Part shown: piece by piece, positions 50,991 to 64,000 of the stretch | Layout: the number at the start of each line of letters is the position of its first letter | Position numbering within the stretch: position 1 is the stretch's first letter | From: Octopus vulgaris | Lineage: Eukaryota | Assembly (NCBI GenBank): GCA_951406725.2 | Contig: OX597814.1 | Span: forward strand, 114,886,001-114,950,000 | Reading direction: 5' to 3' | Length of the DNA stretch: 64,000 nucleotides | The notes under the pieces: model-generated | Told to the model about the DNA's origin: nothing | What the model saw: the letters and a program-made list of their open reading frames with translations, nothing else | The model's database searches: none | Translations under genes and position numbers: made by a program

Positions 50991-53369
50991 ATAAGCTATT
51001 ATATTGTTGCCATATATATATATATATATATATACGACGGGCTTCTTTCAGTTTCCATCTACCAAATCCACTCACGAATATATATATATATGTTTTTTAA
51101 AGTTATCATGCCAAAATAATAAACACACTCACTGTTTATTATTATAGGCATAATGACCTTCTCAAGACACAGGATTTGCTTGAACATACGAATTCACATC
51201 AAGAAACTTGTAAACTAAATACGTAAGCTAAAATATGTTATATAAGTATACATGTGAGTGTGGGCGCGCGCAACTTCTTGACATGTTTTAAATTTCGCTA
51301 CTATTCGAATATTGTTTTCTGTTATTATACGTCTTTCTTGTTCAGGCACCAATATTATAAGTTCTGCGGTCCATTTCAATAGATTTTATTGATATTAACA
51401 TTGATAGTAGCGAAAGGTTATTACCTGTCGTAAAATGTCTGATCTGCTTCAAGAATTACTTGTAATTCTCACACTTCACTTTCCTTGACAACTCTCATCG
51501 ATTTTTTCATTCACTTTTATATCTCTGATTTAAACTTTTCTGTCATATTTAAACAACTTTGTACTTTTGTTTTTACATAAGGTGTCTGACAGCTCTTTTT
51601 ATCTCATTATCAAATGATTTGTTTTTCTCTCACTGTGAGAGAATTATTTCAATACTAGACAAACTTACATTGTTTTACTAGTAAAAAAGCCGCAATCATC
51701 ATGCCATCTTTTCTAACACATTATATTAAACATTATATTATCTTATATATTGGCCTATTTTATATCAGAGAGGTATGATTTAGGGAAGATTTGACTATCA
51801 TTTATGCTGATCGAGTGAGCATTAAAGAGACTTCTTCATTGGCTCGGCTTTTATTTTATTGTAAACCAGGCAACTGGTGCGTTAGTTTTCACAACCTTGC
51901 AGTGGTTGTAGCAAAATGCCGGATATATGCCATTCTCTCTTTGGTATTTTGTGAGCAAAGAAACTGTATTTCACGGACCAAAGCTGAATATAGGGTCAAA
52001 TGGAGATAGAAGCAGAATATAGTTACTACTGATAATGGTATTATTAGACCAAATTTCACTTCCTATAAGTTTTATATGAAAGTTGATTTATCGGACAATA
52101 TATTGCGCAACATTTTGAGTTGCACTGTAATTATATCTTCCCCCAGAACCATCCTATGTAATGTGCATATAAATGACATAATAAAAATATGAAATAATTA
52201 ACTGGAAAATACGTCACGAATTTACTGAGAAATATTTACATAAATCCCTATATTGGTAGTCGTCTAATTAGATATATATGTAAATATCTAGATACACATG
52301 CTCACTTGTATGAATATAAATATATTCATGAAAGCTATTAATGTAATATAGTGATATTAAATAGAAAATATTACCAATAAATATTTTACAATATACAGTT
52401 TTATTTATAGAACTATAAATCCCATTATATTATTCATTAAACGACTCATTTAATATAAAAGATATTTAATATTTGTTAATTCGTAAAACAAGAGTTGTTC
52501 AACTAGAAATACACCAACCATAATAATTAAGAGAGATTGTCGATAATGACTTCAACGAATAAATAATTCCTTAGACAAAATGAGATTTACAAAAATAACT
52601 AATTCCTACACGGATTATTATTACTAGCAAATCTACCCATCTACGATGGCGGCATAAAATGAGGGGAGGAAGTCATAGCAGCAGTATGTATTGAGAAATG
52701 TGTAAATAGACTTGATAGATTACTGGGTGATGTCTTAGAGAAATCACATTATTGTTGGTGATACAGCATTCTGTTGCAGCTATATGACATGTATTTGTGG
52801 CTAAGTGATATGTGATGACGATTCACTCCTGAACTGAAATAAGCTCTCAGCCTCTGTATCATGAATGGTTATGTGGACCACTCTTAACGAAAGCCAGAGC
52901 TTCCTTCAACCACTACATAAAAAGTATTAAGAAAAAAATGTTATCTGGATATACTTTTATTTCAATTGTTTACACTATTTTACGCTTGTTTATACTCTTA
53001 TAATTTCAAAGTTCACAAATTTCCTTATTTAAATTATGAATCATATTTATTTCCCATAATATCAATAAGATTTTATAACTTCTTTGTAGAAAATATTTTC
53101 TGTTTGGCCGACGCTAATTTTTAAATTGCTGGAATCCGTTGCTCTACTCACAGCAACTTGTAACTGGCCGTGTGTAAACATCGAAGTGGGTAAAAAATAC
53201 ACCTATACGATCTAAAGTCTGGTCCCGTGCCTTGTTTACTGTGAATGCATGAGAGTGAATTTTAGAGTTGCAAAAAATCAAACTAGGACTTACCTCGCAC
53301 TGTTTTGTGTGAATAATGTCTGGATGATCTGGTATCATGGGTTATTTTGATTGACAAAACTGAGATGTA

Positions 53370-53675
53370 AGTAGCAACCGCCTTGATTAGCCTCGTGACT
53401 CCCTTCGTATCTGCAATGGGGCCACGATCTATACGCTGAAAATATTCGTGGTCTGTGAATTTTTAATAAAAAAGCAAAGGTGGTTTCTCAGTTCAAAATT
53501 CTATAACCACGAAATAATCATACTTTCTGATTTTTTTAAATGCTAAAATCCTTCCTGACAACCGTCATTGCAATGCCGAAAAATATCGTAACCATTGGTC
53601 CAGCCGTCTGGCCGTGAAGGGCGAAGAGACAGAGACGGATAGACAGACGAACATAACGTCCATCATAGTAAAACT
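53370..53675 (+). mobile_element. Possible non-autonomous Helitron/Helentron-like element
   Basis: ATTGGTCCAGCCGTCTGGCCGTGAAG followed by a decayed (CAGA)n tract resembles Lep1/DINE-type non-autonomous rolling-circle elements. Confidence 0.35.
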
Positions 53676-54299
53676 ATCACTCCATAATTATATCATTACA
53701 GATTCAGAGTAGGTTACCCATTGAAAAACAAACCACTATTTCAACAGTATCGTTGCTTTCCCCAAGTCAACCCTTGATTGGTTTCAAGTAATGACTAGCA
53801 ATTTGGTCCCCCTTTTAAAAAATAAGGAATCTTGGAAAATATTATATCCATTGTAAACATTTTTAAGGCAGTAGAGCTTGATCTGTCTGCTAGAATAATT
53901 GTTTGTTTCTAGCACAACATTTGACTAAATATCAAAAACTCGGGTAACATTGCATGACTTGAACGTTTTGCTATAATTAATCCAGCATTTTTTCTCTTAT
54001 TTATCACAGCGTATCCTCTCGCATTTATATGTTTTCATATATGTATACTGAATGATTTACTGGTGATAATATAGTTTACTGGTAGTAATAATTAATTGTA
54101 GTTATTAGTAATATGTAATTCAGAATAGCCAATATACAATAGCTAGAGATATGTGCGTGATAGCAATCTTCGCGTAGCAAAGTAAGACTTTTAAGTGGAT
54201 TGAAGATTCGCTCTTAGTGATGATGATAATAACAGTGTTTTAAATTACAAATTCTGAAAAAAAAATAAAGATAAGAGCCAAAATTATTATCTTTTATCT

Positions 54300-54487
54300 T
54301 GTATCCTTTACTTGTTCCACTCATTTGCCAGCGACCATGAATTTTTGAATTTTTGTCCAATGTGTCCACCCCAGTAATTATATTTATTAAAAACCTGGTA
54401 CTTATTTTATCGTTTCCTTTTGCCGAGCCGCTGGTTATGGAGACGTAAATTCCCCAACATCGGTTGTCAAGCGACGGTGGAGGCAAC

Positions 54488-54490
<3 letters not shown>
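54300..54490 (-). mobile_element. SINE family A 3' half, diverged
   Basis: TTTTGCCGAGCCGCT..GACGTAAA..CATCGGTTGTCAAGCG. Confidence 0.8.
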
Positions 54491-55292
<802 letters not shown>

Positions 55293-55687
55293 GGAACAAA
55301 ACGCTCTATCAATTCACCCATTTACCTGGAACAAAACGCTCTATCCCCACAAACTACAACAGCAACCACCATAATACAACACCACCACAACCACCAATAT
55401 CTCAAACAAGGAATCCCCAAATCTGCCGCTATTCCCAGCGAGACAGATTGTGTTTGTACAGGGATTGCCCCTTTACCCATCTCCCGGGGACTCGTCGGAC
55501 ATTTAAAGATAACCACTCACATAAAAATAGCCGCGGCTACAGTCACCTGCGGTTCCCTAGACAGGAAACCACCTCTTCTTCCTCCTCTTTTTTAGCTATA
55601 ATGAATCTAGCAAAAGAACTGGAAAAAAACATCCGAGCTATCACCCACCACCATCCACCACTATTACCCCACTGCACATGCCATTAA
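55293..55687 (+). pseudogene. LINE ORF1 3' remnant with CCCH-type zinc finger
   Basis: [26 protein letters not shown] = C-x8-C-x4-C-x3-H at 55424-55480. Confidence 0.6.
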
Positions 55688-56223
55688 AAAGCAATCAAAT
55701 AAACAAATCACCAAAACAATTAAAACCATCCACTCTCGCCTCAACATTTCTGCTTAATGCCCAAGGCATCAGCCCTTCCACCAATACACAAAAATGGAAG
55801 ATAAGATTCCTGGAGGACTGGGTTGAGGCCCATCCAAACCACATCCCTTTCTTCGTCCTCACTGAAACCCATCTTAGTGACCTCCACTTGGAAGCCGAGA
55901 TGAAAGTTAAAAATTTCAAAACCATTCGTGCTGATCGTGCTGGCAGAAGAAAGGGTGGGACTGCCATTTATGTCCATGATTCATTCTCAACAGAAGCCAT
56001 GAACATATTTACCAATGGATACTGCGAAGCAGTCGCTGTATTCAGTCAAACCAACAACTTAACAGTAGTTGGGCTCTACAGACCACCCCAAACGCCCCTA
56101 CCATGCTTCAAGGAATGCCTCAACAGCATAAAGTGTTTCATTCAGCAGTGTCAACCTGACAACATTTTAATGATGGGAGACTACAAACAGTCTGCCGCCA
56201 GGTTCTTCTCTCTGAACCCCTGA
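55678..56223 (+). CDS. LINE ORF2 N-terminal apurinic-type (APE) endonuclease, frameshifted from RT
   Basis: [37 protein letters not shown] motifs. Confidence 0.88.
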   Translation: MPLKSNQINKSPKQLKPSTLASTFLLNAQGISPSTNTQKWKIRFLEDWVEAHPNHIPFFVLTETHLSDLHLEAEMKVKNFKTIRADRAGRRKGGTAIYVHDSFSTEAMNIFTNGYCEAVAVFSQTNNLTVVGLYRPPQTPLPCFKECLNSIKCFIQQCQPDNILMMGDYKQSAARFFSLNP

Positions 56224-56233
56224 CAGGGAGGCA

Positions 56234-58093
56234 GTGGAATCGCTTCTTGACTTCATGGATGATTTCTTCTTGTCCCAACTGGTACTCGAACCAACGAGAT
56301 GTCACAAAAACGTCTTAGACTTAATTTTCAGCAATCACACTGATACTATCCACAATATTGCAGTGGAGAAAACCCTACTCTCCGACCATGACATGGTTCT
56401 CTGTGATCTGAGATTTCACTGGCCAAAATGCAAAACAAATGTCATCCCTCCTGTTCATCCATTTGACACTATGGATTTCCACAATGCAAACTGGGATGCG
56501 ATCAATAATGATCTTGCACAAGTCGATTGGTCCTTCACGCACACATACACACCCACTAACATCAAAAAGTCCTGGCAGTCACTTGTAGACACCATCACGA
56601 ACATATGTGCAAGACACACCCCATTAAGATCTGCAAACAAATCTAAGTGTCGAATCCCTAGAAATAGAAAATCTCTCATAAGGAAAATTAAAAGAATCAA
56701 CAAAAAGATCAACATGCTGAAATACTGTCAACAGCAACACACCAACCTGACTGCCATCTCGTCGCTAGAGATTAAAAAACATAAACTCCAAAACAACATG
56801 ATGTCTATCATCAATAGTCAGCGAAGAGCTGAAGAGGCCTGGGCCATTGAGAAGATCAAACTCAATCCCAAAGTGTTCTTTTCATTTGCAAAAAAACACA
56901 GAGTCACTGGTTCTACTGTTGGCCCTCTGATTGATGAAAATGGTACTCTTCAAGACAATGCCAAAACCATGGGAGAGATATTGCAGAAACAATATTGCTT
57001 TGTTTTCAGCAATCCTGATATGACTGATCTGGGCTGTATCAGTGATGTTACTCCCCAATACACTTTATCGGACATAACATTTGGCGCTCCTGATGTCTTA
57101 GCAGCAATAAAGGAAATGAAGCATAATTCAGCAGTAGGTCCCGATAGGTTCCCTGCTTGTGTCTTGAAGATGTGTCAAAACCAACTTGCACCCCATCTAG
57201 CCAATCTGTGGCGGAACTCACTGGATGCTGGATATATACCAGAAGACCTTCTATCCCAGTCTGTTGTCCCAGTGTTCAAAAAAGGAATCAAATCGCTTGC
57301 TGTGAATTACCGTCCAATCTCACTCACCTCTCATATCATCAAAGTATTTGAGAGGGTGCTGAGATCGCGTATGACTCACTTCCTTGAGAGTCATAATATG
57401 CTGAACCCCAACCAGCATGGATTCCGTAATGGGAGAGATTGCCTGACGCAGCTACTGCATCATTTTGATGACATTTTGAGAGCCTTGGGAGAAGGTTCCA
57501 ACACTGATGTCATCTACCTTGATTTCAGCAAGGCCTTTGACAGGGTTGATCATAAGATCCTTCTGAGAAAGCTGTCCAATATTTGTGTCACTGGAAAGCT
57601 GCTGCAGTGGATCAAGTGCTTCCTGTCTAACAGAACCCAACATGTTGTAGTCGAAGGAGTCAAATCCAGCCCAGCCAAAGTCAGCAGTGGTGTCCCACAA
57701 GGCATTGTGTTGGGCCCACTTCTCTTCATCATCTACATAAATGATATTACTGACACCATCAAACACAGTAACATCAGAACCTTCGCTGATGATTCCAAGC
57801 TCCAGAAGGTCATCAATGGCGTGGATGACCGAATAAACCTTCAGTCAGACCTACTGGCTGTTGTCCAATGGGCGGAAAAGAATAACATGTTGCTAAATGA
57901 AGACAAATTTGAACTGATCCACTTTGGAAGAGAGGACACTCTGAAACTCCCATACTCTCTTCCTTCTGGAGAAATTCTCATGGCATCCAACAACATCAGA
58001 GACCTGGGAGTAACAGTGGACAACAACATAAGCTGGGCTACACATATAAGCAGCAAAGTTGACATGGCCCGCAGTAAAGTGATTCTAACCTGA
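56234..58093 (+). CDS. LINE ORF2 reverse transcriptase (APE C-terminus + RT), 3'-truncated
   Basis: LDLIFS, SDHD, GPD, NYRPISLTS, QHGFR, YLDFSKAFD, GVPQGIVLGPLLF, FADD, DLGV motifs. Confidence 0.95.
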   Translation: MESLLDFMDDFFLSQLVLEPTRCHKNVLDLIFSNHTDTIHNIAVEKTLLSDHDMVLCDLRFHWPKCKTNVIPPVHPFDTMDFHNANWDAINNDLAQVDWSFTHTYTPTNIKKSWQSLVDTITNICARHTPLRSANKSKCRIPRNRKSLIRKIKRINKKINMLKYCQQQHTNLTAISSLEIKKHKLQNNMMSIINSQRRAEEAWAIEKIKLNPKVFFSFAKKHRVTGSTVGPLIDENGTLQDNAKTMGEILQKQYCFVFSNPDMTDLGCISDVTPQYTLSDITFGAPDVLAAIKEMKHNSAVGPDRFPACVLKMCQNQLAPHLANLWRNSLDAGYIPEDLLSQSVVPVFKKGIKSLAVNYRPISLTSHIIKVFERVLRSRMTHFLESHNMLNPNQHGFRNGRDCLTQLLHHFDDILRALGEGSNTDVIYLDFSKAFDRVDHKILLRKLSNICVTGKLLQWIKCFLSNRTQHVVVEGVKSSPAKVSSGVPQGIVLGPLLFIIYINDITDTIKHSNIRTFADDSKLQKVINGVDDRINLQSDLLAVVQWAEKNNMLLNEDKFELIHFGREDTLKLPYSLPSGEILMASNNIRDLGVTVDNNISWATHISSKVDMARSKVILT

Positions 58094-59522
58094 GTTGCAT
58101 AGAATCTCAAGTAATGAACCCCTCTTCCACCCTACGCCGTCCTTTTCGAAAAGGATGAATTATTTGTAAAACGAATGTTTCCGGAACGAATAATATATTT
58201 TCATTTGAATATAGTCTTTTGATATTGGTTTTATACATTAAATATCTCGCACACACACGTTATTATTAAATATGGAAGCCTCAGTTTACCCATGGACAAC
58301 ATTTCCCACCCAATTATGCAAGCACGTTTGAATGGGTGCTAAGTGAAACAATGGAATCCAAATCGTAATCCTACATACACAGTAAAAAGCTCTTCCTAAT
58401 TCATATTACCGTTTCCCTGTCTTTGACATCTTTATGAACGATAAGTGATTGCCGTCTCCAAACTCTCTGTAACTAAAGTAAGAGATTATTAAAAATATTA
58501 ATTCTTCGCTAATACCTATCACATGTACAAAAGCATAAAGACACCGAATTTCTTCTGTCAGATATTCATGTGACAACAGCTTGTATAATTGTCTGAACAA
58601 ATTTCTGATATCGATTCTCCAGATTTATATCAAAAGTTCATATAATAAAGTTTAATGTTTCAACGCCGCATGATTTTGAACACAAGCAAATAATTGCGAT
58701 TTCTATACACACATCTATATACACGAGAGCACTCAAACACATATATTAAGTTATACAAAGTATAGAGTACACAAATTACATGCAAGTGTACGTATATATA
58801 TATGTGTGTGTTTGTGGATGTGGGTATATGTATAAATGTGTGTGTGTATGTTTATATATATATATATATATATATATGCATATATATTCATACATCTACA
58901 TATGTATATATGCATGTATAAATACATACACACACACACACATCCCACCTTCTTGAGAGAAGGCAGGAAAACGGTGCTAGTGAAACTTATTGAGGCAGAG
59001 ACTTGTTATATGGCATCTTCTCGTTTTCAGATAATCAGACTGCAATTTCCTTAATAGCAGGTCTATTTTGGAGAAATCTTGACTCTTGGTAGATTATTTG
59101 AGATTCTTAGTATTAAACCAATTGCAAGTAAATACTTAACAAGCTAATGCATCAACAATCGGGATTAAATCGGGATTAAATTCTCTGCCTCACATAATCC
59201 TCTGAGGTTAAGTTCTCTTTTTCGTGTAACCTTATATTTCCTCCTTCCGTTGCCGACAATAAAATGTATAATACACAAAATATTAAGGGTGGATATATTT
59301 GACGAAAGCTGATGCTCCAGTATGGCTGTATTTCAATATCTGAATCCAGTAACAGAATACAAGACTGTGTACTTGTTTGTATACGTGCATGCTTGTACAA
59401 ATCCATTAATAAATCATAAATATATTAAAATGAATAAATAATTTTTCACTAGCATTAACAATACAGTATTTAGTGACATGTCACTTCAATTTAAAAAGAC
59501 GCAATATCTAAAACATAACACA

Positions 59523-60279
59523 GCGGCGAGCTGGCAGAAACGTTAGCACGCCGGGCGAAATGCGTAGCCGTATTTCGTCTGCCGTTACGTTCTGAGTTCA
59601 AATTCCACCGAGGTCGACTTTGCCTTTCATCCTTTCGGGGTCGATAAATTAAGTACCAGTTACGCACTGAGATCGATATAATCGACTTAATCCGTTTGTC
59701 TGTCATTGTTCGTCCCCTCTGTGTTTAGCCCCTTGTGGGTAGTAAAGAAATAGGTATTTTGTCTGCCGCTACGTTCTGAGTTCAAATTCCGCTGAGGTCG
59801 ACTTTGCCTTTCATCCTTTCGGGGTCGATAAATTAAGTACCCGTTACGCACTTAATCGACTTAATCCGTTTTGTCTGTCCTTGTTTGTCCTCTCTGTGTC
59901 TAGCCCCTTGTGGGTAGTAAAGATATATGTATTTCGTCTGCCGCTACGTTCTGAGTTCATATTCCGCCGAGGTCGACTTTGCCTTTCATCCCTTCGGGGT
60001 CGATTAAATAAGTACCAGTTACGCACACTGGGGTCGATGTAATCGACTTAATCCGTTTGTCTGTCATTGTTCGTCCCCTCTGTGTTTAGCCCCTTGTGGG
60101 TAGTAAAGAAATAGGTATTTTGTCTGCCGCTACGTTCTGAGTTAAAATTCCGCCGAGGTCGACTTTGCTTTTCATCCTTTCGGGGTCGATAAATTAAGTA
60201 CCAGTTGCGTTCTAGGAGCAATCTAATCGACTGACCCCATTCCCAAATAATTTCGGGCCTTGTGCCTCGAGTAGAAAAG
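59523..60279 (+). mobile_element. SINE family B tetrameric copy with TSD
   Basis: One head then four ~185-bp units each with GAGTTCAAATTCC-like B box; AATATCTAAAAC(A/G)TA at 59503-59517 and 60280-60294. Confidence 0.92.
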
Positions 60280-61501
60280 AATATCTAAAACGTATCTATG
60301 TACCTTGGAGAGATAATGCGGAAATCTCAACATCACATCATATATAGAATTAAACACAGAACGGTGCGACATTGAATTGGATATCTTAGTGCGAAGAATG
60401 GCTTCCCCCACCTCTTTCTTCAATTCTTTGATCTTTTGAATATGATAAATCTTCGAAGGAAACAAAATATTCTTATTGACCGATGTAGAGAACATTAATT
60501 GAAACCCAAGATGAAATATAATATTAAAAAGCCTTATTAACGTTTGCGACGAAACAAAGTTAAGATCATTTTATTTCCGATCACGCATGCAACAAAATAT
60601 ATCCGAAATTAAATCCCTTTCAAACTATATTGATATCTGAATCTGAACTCTGACAGCTTCTATGAATTATTGACATTAACAAAAATATCAATTGTAGACA
60701 AGCAAAATTTAACCTTATTATTCATTAATTGGAATTTACGCTCTAGAGGACTGTCCGACTACGCTAACATCCTTGACCAAGGAGAGTAAAATTTATTAAC
60801 ATTTTATGGATTAACGTCCTGCATTTCATATATGTTTATTTGTATTCTAAACTTAGGAAAATGTTTGTAAAATGATATTTTTTGTACAAAATAACTGTCA
60901 AATTATTTTTACTAAGTGTTTTCACTGCATAAATGAACGTAGTCATATGTGCCTTAAACAGCTGCAGTGTTTTGTTTCTCTTTTTCCTATCGTTTTAAAA
61001 TATTATGCGTAATCTATGTGCAATGCCTAGTTTAGCGATATTTTCTGTATGGTACAAATATTTATGAGTCATGGCATTTGGGTTGTATTCTTTGCATAGT
61101 TTTCAATATTTGAAACGGTATCTAATTATAGTAGGAATTGCTTCTAATTCTAGTCTTCCGCATTCTATCTACTTATCTTTATTTTGACATCTTTGAACAT
61201 TGATAGGTTCTCCATTATTCATTTTCTTTTTGAAAATACATTGTCGTTGTTTTACTTTTTTTTTTGTATTGATTCATCAATGAGAGAAACATTTCTACAT
61301 TTCTTTCTCTGAGACAACAATACCCATTTGATCTGCCTTGATCTCTCAATGAAGTGCGATATCCGAGCTTATGACAACTACTTCATTTCTCTGAGGCCAT
61401 TTCTGGATCACATTCCGACTGTAATTTTCAGTCGATATTTTGTAATACTAGCGCAGTTTCCTGTGTCAAAGCTGGAACTTTATGATACACCCATTCAAAC
61501 G

Positions 61502-61584
<83 letters not shown>

Positions 61585-61965
61585 TATTTTTACAAAGATT
61601 TAGGCTGCTAGAAACAATATGTTGCTTTTCTTTACAAGTCTTGCTTGGCCAACATTAGGGAGGACATGGGTATAGAGTTACACAGATTTTCAACAACCCG
61701 TTTTTGATAACTATGTCTGAAGTTTTCACCTAATGTCTTTGTCACTTTGAACAGCTACGTTCCAGACTGTCATGTTTAGATTCCTTAGAATTCTTAATTT
61801 CAAGTTTAACATCACAATGTTGGTATATTTCCCAAGAGACATAGGTACCGACTCGATGGATACTGAGGATAAAATCTGGCTTACAATGATTGGTCAACTC
61901 CGTTTACTTTATCGCATAGTTTGCTTTCAATGTTATTTCTCTCTTCCGTTGTTTTGATTTTACAA

Positions 61966-62101
61966 AGGTGGCGAGCTGGAAGAATTGGTAGCATGCCGGG
62001 GAAAATGATTAGCACCATGTCGTCCGTCTTAACATTCTGAGTTCAAATTTCACCGAGATCGTCTTTGTCTTATATTCTTCGCGGTCGGTAATTTAAGTAC
62101 C
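61966..62101 (+). mobile_element. SINE family B 5' part
   Basis: AGGTGGCGAGCTGGAAGAATTGGTAGCATGCCGGG..TTCTGAGTTCAAATT. Confidence 0.85.
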
Positions 62102-62103
62102 GT

Positions 62104-62335
62104 GGGCATATGGCGTAGTGGTTAAGACCGTGGGCTACTAACCCCCAAGATTCCGAGATCAATTCCAGGCAGTGACCTGAATAATAATAATAATAACATC
62201 ATCGAAAAATACCTTAGAAATGATAGCCCAGGTTCGAAATTTCCCCAAGGCTTGAGGGTATATCAGCCGAAGCGTTTGTTAACAACAAACAAGATGAGGA
62301 CAAATATCCGTCAATTGTAAATAATGTAAATAATG
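62104..62335 (+). mobile_element. tRNA-headed SINE-like element with Penelope-like 3' part
   Basis: A box TGGCGTAGTGG, anticodon-like stem GGG-CTACTAA-CCC, B-box-like GATCAATTCC, (AAT)n linker, then GGCT..AGCC-GAAGCGTT and TGTAAATAA x2 end. Confidence 0.6.
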
Positions 62336-62559
62336 AGGAAAGGATTATTTGGATTCTACAAGATTTTAAAAATTACTTTTGTAGCTACGTCAGCTAAAAT
62401 CAGACCTTCGATTCTACTTTTAGTCCAGAGCTATTGAACCGTTTTACCCTAATTCTTATTATAAAAGTTCATCATATGAATAGATTTATGCTATGAGATA
62501 TCCTAGCATCAAATTTTCAATATTTAAACACTCTTTGAAAGCTTTTTGTAGAACTGAGG

Positions 62560-63700
62560 CTGGAAGTTTACAAGAATTCTTCTGAGTCTCATTTTTAAAG
62601 TTCCTTGGGCAGTAATTTGATCTCATAAACTTCATTACATCAAGGATAACGTTCATCCATACTGTACCAGTTCTATATCAATGTCGGGATAAATTTTCCC
62701 TATTTTCTATATATTTTCGTTGCTTAAACTCTGCTCTTGTGTGGTATAACAATATATATGAACCAATATACTTCACTTTTCTTTTTCATGTAATATTTAG
62801 CCTTTTTCTGCATTTATACAATGACTGGTTGCTTAGAGTAACTTCCCAAGAGCCTTCAGCAATTCATTTTTAATAATAACCCCAGAATAGCAAAGATACA
62901 ATTTTCCATTTACATCAAATTCAGATTTCCTAGGGACTTCCCATTGTATTTTTTCACCGTCATATACTGTCTTCTACTTTATTTGGGGACATCTTGATAC
63001 CCTTAGTATATAATTGATTGTTTCATTTACATTGTAATACATCGAACACTTACTATGTTACATGTTTCTGTCCATTCTTCCTTTACAAGATTTGTTTTAA
63101 TCGCTTGTTCCTGTGAAGCTGTACGTAGAACTTCAGTTTATCGCTTTCGTCTTTTAGCTTCCATTCAAACCCATTGTTATCTTTTTGTCTTACTTTTTGG
63201 TTCCATGAAGACTAAGCGCACAAAGGAATTTTTGTTGTCTCAGTTATTCTTTTTGTTTAAATATCTTTGACTGCTTCCATGTATTTGCCTTCAAGGCTGA
63301 GAGTATAAGATTCTCTTCAATCCTTTTTAATATGCTTCTCTAGTCCTGCACTTGCCAAGTGTTCAGTATATGTCAGATGGATTAATCTGTGCCTGTCGTA
63401 TTTTAATATACAGACGTTCAATACTGCTTTGTTAAAAGCTTTCCATTGCGTCAATCTATTGATCCAGTTCATCCTTTGTCTGTTAAAGAAATACATTGGC
63501 ATTGTTCAGGTGCGCCTCTTCTATTTAGTTTTCTTTTTACTAAGATCTTTCAAATTCTCACCTTATGTGCTTCAACATTAACTGGCATTTCCTTCTGTTT
63601 CTCCTGACTATAAACAAAAATGTATTACCTGATCCACCTTCAATAGGTTTATTGCCTTGCTATATGGAAAGGTAATTTCGTCAAACTTTATCGTTTCCCT
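62560..63700 (-). pseudogene. Highly decayed R4/Dong-like (RLE) non-LTR retrotransposon
   Basis: Minus strand in the expected order: ERLYIK (63401-63420), TEVLRTASQEQAIKTNLV (63084-63137), CSMYYNVNETINYI (decayed CCHC, ~63005-63048). Confidence 0.55.
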
Positions 63701-63767
63701 ACAGTTTATAACAAACCGGACACACATGACATTCAAAATCAAATTGTTTACCGATATTTATCGTCAG

Positions 63768-63975
63768 GACGGAGAGATACTGGAAGAATCGTTCGCACGT
63801 TGGACAAAATGTTTAGCGTCTTTATGTTCTGAGTTCATTTTCCGCCCATTTCGACAATACCTTTCATTCTGTTGGGTCGATAAAATAAGTACCAGCTGAG
63901 CACTGAGGTTGATGTATTTGACTTATACACCCTCTCTGGAAATTGCTGGCCTTGTACTAAAATTTGATACCAATA
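63768..63975 (+). mobile_element. SINE family B monomer, diverged
   Basis: CTGGAAGAATCGTT..GTTCTGAGTTCA..GGGTCGATAAAATAAGTACCAG..GAAATTGCTGGCCTTGT. Confidence 0.8.
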
Positions 63976-64000
63976 TTTATTCTAACTCATCTCTATTTCT

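Larger units (their letters stand above)
55293..58075 (+). mobile_element. CR1/L2-group LINE, truncated at both ends (ORF1 remnant + APE + RT)
   Basis: Sharp compositional island containing CCCH finger, APE and RT coding segments; lacks the C-terminus and 3' UTR seen in the other copies. Confidence 0.93.

Noticed and set aside
56455-58110. Minus-strand ORFs overlapping the RT
   Set aside because: Antisense shadows of the LINE ORF2
59523-60279. Regularly spaced repeats resembling a CRISPR array
   Set aside because: Whole ~185-bp units repeat with no unique spacers; they are SINE units in eukaryotic DNA

Overview
AT-rich eukaryotic (animal) non-genic DNA with no recognisable host exon. The extreme microsatellite density and the SINE repertoire resemble an octopus/coleoid cephalopod genome (inference). 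Contents: (i) many (TA)n, (CA/TG)n, (CATA)n, (TAGA)n and (AAT)n tracts, which produce nearly all ORFs in the track; (ii) about 35 copies or fragments of at least four tRNA-headed SINE families; (iii) a CR1/L2-group LINE (one large ORF1-remnant/APE/RT copy at 55.3-58.1 kb plus three 3' fragments); (iv) decayed R4-like (RLE) LINE, Penelope GIY-YIG, LTR, mariner-like and Helitron-like remnants; (v) several MITE/fold-back elements. Two things stand out. First, the 3' half of U6 snRNA is fused directly to a LINE/SINE-type 3' tail (4669-4778). Second, a set of 100-260 bp non-coding elements sits inside microsatellites and carries minimal type-I hammerhead-ribozyme-like motifs, some as fold-backs with a motif on each strand, consistent with non-autonomous Penelope-like/retrozyme-like elements. 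All calls are by eye; boundaries are approximate and no searches were run.
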